This document shows, piece after piece, positions 26,671-32,000 of a stretch of 32,000 nt of DNA. Made by a program: the position numbers and the translations under genes. The stretch lies in NCBI RefSeq assembly GCF_000021865.1, contig NC_014034.1, positions 420,001 through 452,000 of the forward strand, given 5' to 3'. Each line of letters starts with the position of its first letter. The first letter of the stretch is position 1. The notes beneath the pieces are model-generated. The model was not told the origin of the DNA. It saw nothing but the letters and a program-made list of their open reading frames with translations, and searched no databases. The DNA comes from Rhodobacter capsulatus SB 1003 (GTDB lineage: Bacteria > Pseudomonadota > Alphaproteobacteria > Rhodobacterales > Rhodobacteraceae).

Positions 26671-28707
26671 ATGTCGAACGACCCGCTTTTGCAGCCTTAC
26701 CAGCTGCGCCACCTGACGCTTCGCAACCGCATCCTGATCACCGCGCATGAGCCCGCCTATGCCGAGGACGGCATGCCGAAGGAACGCTACCGCGCCTATC
26801 ACGTCGAACGGGCGCGGGCCGGGGTGGCCTTGACGATGACGGCGGGCTCGGCCTCGATTTCCCGCGACAGCCCGCCGGTTTTCAACAACATCCTGGCCTG
26901 GAAGGACGAGGTGGTGGGCTGGATGCGCCAGCTGGTTGACGAATGCCACGACCACGGCGCGGCGGTGATGATCCAACTCAGCCACCTTGGCCGTCGCACC
27001 CGCTGGGACAAGGCGGACTGGCTGCCGGTGGTGGCGCCCAGCCATGAACGCGAGGCGGCGCATCGGGCCTTTCCGAAACGGGCCGAGGATTGGGATCTCG
27101 ACCGGATCAAGGGCGATTTTGCCGATGCCGCCGAGCGGATGAAAGCGGCGGGCGTCGATGGCATCGAACTCGAGGCCTACGGCCATCTGCTCGAACAATT
27201 CTGGTCGCCGCTGACGAATGACCTTGATGCCCCCTATGGCGGGTCGTTGGAAAACCGGATGCGCTTCACGATGGAGGTTCTGGGGGCGATCCGAAGCCGC
27301 TGCGGGCCGGATTTCATCGTCGGGCTGCGCTATACCGGCGATCAGGGCCTGCCCGGCGGCATGGATCAGGCCGAGGGGCTGGTGCTGTCGAAAGCCTTGC
27401 GCGATTCGGGGCTGGTCGATTTCCTGAACATCGTGCGCGGCCATATCGACACCGACCCGGGGCTGACCGATCTGATCCCGATTCAGGGCATGCGCAACGC
27501 GCCGCATCTGGATTTCGCGGGCGAGATCCGGGCCGCGACCGGGTTCCCGACTTTCCACGCCGCGAAGATCCCCGATATCGCGACGGCGCGGCATGCGATC
27601 GCGTCGGGCAAGCTTGACATGGTCGGCATGACCCGGGCGCATCTGGCCGATCCGCATCTGGTGGCGAAGCTGATCGCGGGGCGCGAGGAGGACATTCGCC
27701 CCTGCGTCGGCGCGAATTACTGCCTTGACCGGATCTATCAGGGCGGCATGGCGCTGTGCCTGCACAACCCGGCGACGGGCCGGGAACTGACCGAGCCGCA
27801 GGTGATCCTGCCTGCCGTGACGAAAAAGCGCGTGACCATTGTCGGCGCCGGGCCGGGGGGGCTGGAGGCTGCCCGCGTCGCGGCCGAGCGCGGCCATGAA
27901 GTCACCGTTTTCGAGGCCGCCGATCAGCCCGGCGGGCAGGTGCGGCTGACCGCGCTCGACCCGCGGCGGCGCGAGATGGCGGCGATCACCGACTGGCGCT
28001 ATCAGCAATGCCTCAAGCGCGGGGTGACGTTTCACTTCAACAGCTTCGCCGAGGCCGAAGACGTGCTGGCCACCGACCCGGACGAGGTGGTGATCGCCAC
28101 CGGCGGTCTGCCGCATACCGAGGTCTTGAGTGCGGGCAATGATCTGGTGGTGTCGACCTGGGACATTCTTTCGGGCGCGGTGAAGCCCGGCCGCGAGGTG
28201 CTGATCTTTGACGATGCGGGCGATCATGCCGGGCTGATGGCGGCCGATCTGATCTCGGCCAGCGGGGCGAAGGTGGAGATCGTCACCCCCGACCGCGCCT
28301 TTGCGCCCGAGGTGATGGCGATGAACCTTGTGCCCTATATGCGGGCGCTGCAGGGGCGGGACACGACCTTCACCGTGACCTGGCGGTTGATGTCGGTCAC
28401 CCGCGCGGGCAACCGGCTGAGGGCGGTTCTAGGCAGCGATTACGGCCCGGTGACGCGGCTGCGCGAGGTCGATCAGGTGGTGGTGAACCACGGCACACGG
28501 CCGCTCGACGAGCTTTACTTCGCGCTCAAGCCGCTTTCGTCGAACTTTGGCATCGTCGATTACGAGGCGCTCGCCACCGGCCAACCGCAGGCGGTGATCG
28601 CAAACCCCGAGGGGCGGTTCCGGCTGCTGCGGATCGGCGATGCGGTGGCCGCGCGCAACACCCATGCGGCGATCTACGATGCGCTGCGGCTGATGAAGGA
28701 CGTTTGA
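26671..28707 (+). CDS. Two-domain NADH:flavin oxidoreductase (OYE-like TIM barrel plus FAD/NAD(P)-binding domain; FadH/DgcA/N-methylproline-demethylase-type architecture)
   Basis: GGAGG at 26661-26665 precedes the ATG. The N-terminal OYE-like region (LTLRNRILITAHE ... MIQLSHLGR) and the C-terminal VTIVGAGPGGLEAA Rossmann motif are present. The track ORF was trimmed to ATG 26671. Confidence 0.9.
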   Translation: MSNDPLLQPYQLRHLTLRNRILITAHEPAYAEDGMPKERYRAYHVERARAGVALTMTAGSASISRDSPPVFNNILAWKDEVVGWMRQLVDECHDHGAAVMIQLSHLGRRTRWDKADWLPVVAPSHEREAAHRAFPKRAEDWDLDRIKGDFADAAERMKAAGVDGIELEAYGHLLEQFWSPLTNDLDAPYGGSLENRMRFTMEVLGAIRSRCGPDFIVGLRYTGDQGLPGGMDQAEGLVLSKALRDSGLVDFLNIVRGHIDTDPGLTDLIPIQGMRNAPHLDFAGEIRAATGFPTFHAAKIPDIATARHAIASGKLDMVGMTRAHLADPHLVAKLIAGREEDIRPCVGANYCLDRIYQGGMALCLHNPATGRELTEPQVILPAVTKKRVTIVGAGPGGLEAARVAAERGHEVTVFEAADQPGGQVRLTALDPRRREMAAITDWRYQQCLKRGVTFHFNSFAEAEDVLATDPDEVVIATGGLPHTEVLSAGNDLVVSTWDILSGAVKPGREVLIFDDAGDHAGLMAADLISASGAKVEIVTPDRAFAPEVMAMNLVPYMRALQGRDTTFTVTWRLMSVTRAGNRLRAVLGSDYGPVTRLREVDQVVVNHGTRPLDELYFALKPLSSNFGIVDYEALATGQPQAVIANPEGRFRLLRIGDAVAARNTHAAIYDALRLMKDV

Positions 28708-28710
28708 GGC

Positions 28711-28926
28711 TGACTTGGCCTCGGCCATTGCCGAGGCCAATCGCAACAGAGGTCCTGTGACCGCCGAGGGCCCAAAGGCACTCGGCCTGCGCCCGCCCCG
28801 CCATCGGCGGGCGCAGTCGCGCCGCCGGGGCGGAGCGCAGGCCTCTGTTGTGCTTGGGGCAGGCGGTCGTGCCGCAGCGCTGTGCCTGCGGGCGGGGAAA
28901 GGCGATGCCTTTCCTTTTCCGCCCGA
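28711..28926 (+). repeat. Family-B structured intergenic repeat, copy 2 (reads in the sense of the oxidoreductase gene)
   Basis: See copy 1. It contains hairpins GGCCTCGGC-catt-GCCGAGGCC (28717-28738) and GGGCGG/GGAAAGGC-gat-GCCTTTCC/CCGCCC (28890-28924). Confidence 0.85.
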
Positions 28927-30435
28927 TCACAGGTCGTGCCAAAGCCCCAGCGCGCCCAACCGGGGCGATTTCTTCGACGTGTGCCGGTCCATCCGCATCA
29001 ACACGTCGCGCAGGAACGTCACCGCCTGCACAAGATGCGGGCCCTTGTTCAGCATCACGCATTCGGCGCGCTGGCTCATCGCGGCATCCGTCATCTCGGC
29101 CCGGCTGGCCTGACCTTCCTTGACCATGCCCTCCAGCACCTGCGTCGCCCAGACGACGGGAACCTCGGCCGCCTCGCAGAGCCACAGAACCTCTTCCTGA
29201 ATCTCGCTCAGCCGTTCAAAGCCGATTTCCACCGCCAGATCGCCGCGCGCGATCATCACGCCCACCGGCACCCGCCCACCGGCCTCGACGATCAGCGCGG
29301 GCAGGTTGCGCAGCGAAAGCGGCGTCTCGATCTTCAGCATCAGCGCCGGCCAATCGCGCGCGGTGCCGCCATCGGACCGGGCATCGAGTTCCGCAAACAG
29401 CGCGCGCAGATCGCCCCCCGTCTGCACGAAGGAAAAGCCCAGAATGTCGGCATGGCCCAGCACGAAATCGAGATGACCCAGATCGGCCTCGGTCAGCGCG
29501 GGCACGCGCAGATCGACGCCGGGCAGGTTGACCCCCTTTTCGACTTTGATCTTCGCCCCTTTCGAGGGCGTCGAGGTCACCTCGGCCAGCACCTTGCCGG
29601 GCCGCACCTTGAGGATCTTTGCCCGCAGCTTGCCGTCGTTGATCCAGATCGCGCCGCCCTCGGCCATCGCCTCCATCAGCGCGGGATGCGACAGTCGCAC
29701 CTGCGGCAGATCGGCGTCATGGGCCAGCGTCTCGACCACCTCGAAGCGGTCGCCCTCGAACAGACGGCCGGTTTCCTCGACGCTTTCCGACAAAGCCTCG
29801 ACCCGCAGTTTCGGGCCTTCGATATCCATCTGCACCGGCACCCGCCGCCCGGCCTTCATCGCGGCCTGCCGCACCTGGCCGATCATCGCCGCCCAGACAT
29901 CGGGGTTGTCATGGGCGCAGTTGATCCGCACGCAATCCGCCCCGGCGGCGATCAAGGCCCCGACCAGATCGGGGTTCACCGCGGCTTCGGTCGGCAGCGT
30001 CACCATCACCCGCGAGCGCGGCGCCTCGCGCCGGGCACCAAACAGCGCATCACGGCGGGCGGCCAGACGCGCCGGGCCCGCGGCAAAGGTTTCAACGGTG
30101 GGATAGCTTGCCACGCCTTCGCCGCCGATCATCGCCAGCGACGCCAGAACCGCATCGATCGAGGGGCGCACATGCGCCTCGGCCCGGCCAAGCGACGAAA
30201 GGCCAAGCGAGGCCAAGGGCGCCTGAAACGGCACCAGATCGCCGCGCCGCAGCGCCAGATAATCGGCCAGATTGCGCGCCGAGGGCAGGAATTCGGGCCG
30301 TCGCACCAGACCTTCCCAGCCTTCCATCGTCGCATCCGACCGCCGCACCAGATCGTCGCGCAAAGCCTCCAGCGCCCGTTGCAACCCACGCGCCTGCGCC
30401 CGCCTTTCGCGGTATTCGACCTCATCGAGACTCAT
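28927..30435 (-). CDS. Pyruvate kinase family protein, atypical (A+B domains only, ~130-aa novel N-terminal extension)
   Basis: AGGAGG lies 5 nt upstream of ATG 30435. PK motifs INCAHD, DIEGPKLR, KGVNLPG, MIARGDLAVEIG and VVWATQVLEGM ... SRAEMTDAA are present. The ORF ends about 60 aa after the last barrel motif. The remainder of track ORF 28927..31251 is antisense to lysC. Confidence 0.8.
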   Translation of the reverse strand: MSLDEVEYRERRAQARGLQRALEALRDDLVRRSDATMEGWEGLVRRPEFLPSARNLADYLALRRGDLVPFQAPLASLGLSSLGRAEAHVRPSIDAVLASLAMIGGEGVASYPTVETFAAGPARLAARRDALFGARREAPRSRVMVTLPTEAAVNPDLVGALIAAGADCVRINCAHDNPDVWAAMIGQVRQAAMKAGRRVPVQMDIEGPKLRVEALSESVEETGRLFEGDRFEVVETLAHDADLPQVRLSHPALMEAMAEGGAIWINDGKLRAKILKVRPGKVLAEVTSTPSKGAKIKVEKGVNLPGVDLRVPALTEADLGHLDFVLGHADILGFSFVQTGGDLRALFAELDARSDGGTARDWPALMLKIETPLSLRNLPALIVEAGGRVPVGVMIARGDLAVEIGFERLSEIQEEVLWLCEAAEVPVVWATQVLEGMVKEGQASRAEMTDAAMSQRAECVMLNKGPHLVQAVTFLRDVLMRMDRHTSKKSPRLGALGLWHDL

Positions 30436-30478
30436 CACATCCTCCTGCCCTGATCGGGCGCAATTCTGCCGGGTCCGC

Positions 30479-30508
30479 ATGACATGGACATGACGGGCAG
30501 ATGACGGG
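30479..30508 (+). promoter_or_regulatory. Three ATGAC(GGG) direct repeats phased at 11 bp
   Basis: ATGAC begins at 30479, 30490 and 30501, and the last two units are ATGACGGG. They lie in the divergent PK-like/lysC intergenic region. Confidence 0.35.
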
Positions 30509-30612
30509 TGCGCAGGCGTTTCGCCGCAGGCAAACCCTTGCAAGCTTCGCCCCCTTCCGATAGCAGAAGCGCGACGCCGGGCGCAGGGTCCGGACCAGAA
30601 TTGGGGGGGAAG

Positions 30613-31872
30613 ATGCCGCTTCTCGTGATGAAATTCGGCGGCACCTCGGTGGCGGACCTCGACCGCATCGCGAATGCGGCGGCGAAGGTCAAGCGCGAGG
30701 TCGACCGTGGCTACGATGTCATCGTGATCGTCTCGGCGATGTCGGGCAAGACGAACGAGCTTGTCGGCTGGGTCGAGGGCACCTCGCCCCTTTATGACGC
30801 CCGCGAATATGACGCCGTCGTCGCCAGTGGCGAAAACGTCACCGCCGGTCTGATGGCGCTGCGGCTGCAGGAAATGGGCATCCCGGCGCGCAGCTGGCAG
30901 GGCTGGCAGGTGCCGATCAACACCACCTCGGCGCATGGCTCGGCCCGGTTCAAGTCGATCCCGCGCGAGAATATCGACGCGAAATTCGCCGAGGGCATGA
31001 AGGTCGCGGTCGTCGCGGGCTTCCAGGGCCTGTCGGCCGAAAACCGCATCACCACGCTGGGCCGGGGCGGGTCCGACACGACCGCCGTCGCCTTTGCCGC
31101 CGCCTTTGCCGCGGAACGCTGCGACATCTACACCGATGTGGACGGCGTCTACACGACCGATCCGCGGATCAGCTCCAAGGCGCGCAAGCTGGACAAGATC
31201 GCGTTCGAGGAAATGCTCGAACTCGCCAGCCTTGGCGCCAAGGTGCTGCAAACGCGGTCCGTGGAACTGGCGATGCGCTTTGGCGTGCGGCTGCGGGTGC
31301 TCTCCTCCTTCGAGGAAACCGACGAAACTTCAGGAACCCTTGTCTGCGGGGAGGATGAAATCATGGAATCGAAAGTCGTCTCGGGGGTCGCCTATTCGCG
31401 CGACGAGGCCAAGATCACCCTCTTCACCATCGAAGACCGTCCGGGCGTCGCGCAGGCGATCTTCGGGCCGCTGGCCGAGGCCGGCGTGAACGTCGACATG
31501 ATCGTGCAGAACATCTCGGAAAAGGATTACGACGACAACCACCCGGGCGCCGTCACCGACATGACCTTTTCCTGCCCGATCAACCAGGTCGCCCGCGCGC
31601 AAAAGGCGCTGGAAGATGCCAAGACCGCGGGCAAGATCAAATATGACGAGCTGATCATCGACACCGATGTCGCCAAGGTCTCGGTCGTCGGCATCGGCAT
31701 GCGCTCGCAGGTGGGCGTCGCCGCGCGCACCTTTGAAGCGCTGGCCGCCGAAAACATCAACATCAAGGTCATCTCGACCTCGGAGATCAAGATTTCCGTG
31801 CTGATCGATCGGAAATATATGGAACTGGCCGTGCAGGCCCTCCATGATGCATTCGAGTTGGAGAAGGCCTGA
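30613..31872 (+). CDS. lysC: Aspartate kinase
   Basis: VMKFGGTSV, VIVVSAMSGKTNEL and two C-terminal ACT domains. The track ORF was trimmed to ATG 30613. Confidence 0.95.
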   Translation: MPLLVMKFGGTSVADLDRIANAAAKVKREVDRGYDVIVIVSAMSGKTNELVGWVEGTSPLYDAREYDAVVASGENVTAGLMALRLQEMGIPARSWQGWQVPINTTSAHGSARFKSIPRENIDAKFAEGMKVAVVAGFQGLSAENRITTLGRGGSDTTAVAFAAAFAAERCDIYTDVDGVYTTDPRISSKARKLDKIAFEEMLELASLGAKVLQTRSVELAMRFGVRLRVLSSFEETDETSGTLVCGEDEIMESKVVSGVAYSRDEAKITLFTIEDRPGVAQAIFGPLAEAGVNVDMIVQNISEKDYDDNHPGAVTDMTFSCPINQVARAQKALEDAKTAGKIKYDELIIDTDVAKVSVVGIGMRSQVGVAARTFEALAAENINIKVISTSEIKISVLIDRKYMELAVQALHDAFELEKA

Positions 31873-31888
31873 CACGCGGTTCAGGCCT
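31865..31888. terminator. Hairpin AGGCCTGA-N8-TCAGGCCT spanning the lysC stop codon
   Basis: An 8-bp perfect stem read directly. No U-tract follows, and the next gene starts 24 nt downstream, so it may be an attenuator or processing site rather than a full terminator. Confidence 0.35.
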
Positions 31889-31911
31889 CTAGAAACGGGG
31901 GCGCTCAGGCC

Positions 31912-32000
31912 ATGGTGGATCGCAGCGAAAGTGACAGCCGCACGCTGTTGCGCCGGTTGCGCGATACTTTGGCCACCCCCGGCGACGGACAGGACCGGCT
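31912..32000 (+). CDS. ptsP: 5' end of phosphoenolpyruvate-protein phosphotransferase PtsP (EI-Ntr), partial
   Basis: MVDRSESDSRTLLRRLRDTLATPGDGQDR resembles the PtsP N-terminus (LLxRLRxxxA before the GAF domain). lysC-ptsP adjacency is common in alphaproteobacteria. The frame is open to the window edge. Confidence 0.5.
   Translation, partial: MVDRSESDSRTLLRRLRDTLATPGDGQDR

Noticed and set aside
25677-28930. Composite transposon or IS interpretation of the inverted family-B repeats
   Set aside because: There is no transposase or integrase, no clear target-site duplication, and the repeats are diverged. It is kept only as an unexplained inverted-repeat bracket (see findings), not called as a mobile element.
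30509-30612. Lysine riboswitch (L-box) or other leader upstream of lysC
   Set aside because: The leader is only ~100 nt, and I could not recognise the multi-helix L-box core. No claim is made.
1-32000. CRISPR arrays, tRNA/rRNA genes, prophage or defence-island genes
   Set aside because: No regularly spaced direct repeats, no tRNA-like T-loop or acceptor patterns in any intergenic region of 90 nt or more, and no nuclease, ATPase or methylase modules typical of defence systems. All intergenic regions longer than 120 nt were read individually.

Overview
32 kb of high-GC (roughly two-thirds G+C by eye) alphaproteobacterial chromosome. Protein sequences and gene order look Rhodobacterales-like, which is an inference because no search was possible. 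I call 34 protein-coding genes, 2 of them partial at the window edges, and almost all are core or housekeeping. They are: an S49 peptidase, uvrC, a KamA/EpmB-type radical-SAM aminomutase, pgsA, plsY, a pyrB...pyrC' operon, a family-4 UDG, yqgE, sua5/tsaC, a long acyl-CoA dehydrogenase plus an MBL hydrolase, azlCD, a GNAT, a DmpA-type peptidase, an alpha/beta hydrolase, gabD, DUF1178, an SDR, LysR plus a DMT exporter, TetR plus an OYE/FAD oxidoreductase, an atypical pyruvate-kinase-like protein, lysC and the start of ptsP. I saw no rRNA, tRNA, CRISPR array, transposase, integrase, phage gene or recognisable defence gene. The long track ORFs lying antisense to real genes are high-GC artefacts. 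I do not see a convincing novel multi-gene system. Five things stand out. (1) An anomalously AT-rich ~290 bp island upstream of uvrC carries a perfect DnaA box, a perfect CtrA box and an IHF-like site, so it is origin-like or a cell-cycle regulatory module. (2) Two translationally coupled membrane PH-domain-like ORFs are inserted between pyrB and a catalytically degenerate pyrC'. (3) Two families of structured intergenic repeats occur, one of which (~212 bp, inverted copies) brackets the TetR/oxidoreductase gene pair. (4) The pyruvate-kinase-like protein has a novel N-terminal extension and no C-terminal domain, and sits next to lysC-ptsP with 11-bp-phased repeats in the shared promoter region. 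(5) lysC has a probable internal start. All family calls come from motif recognition by eye and need database confirmation.
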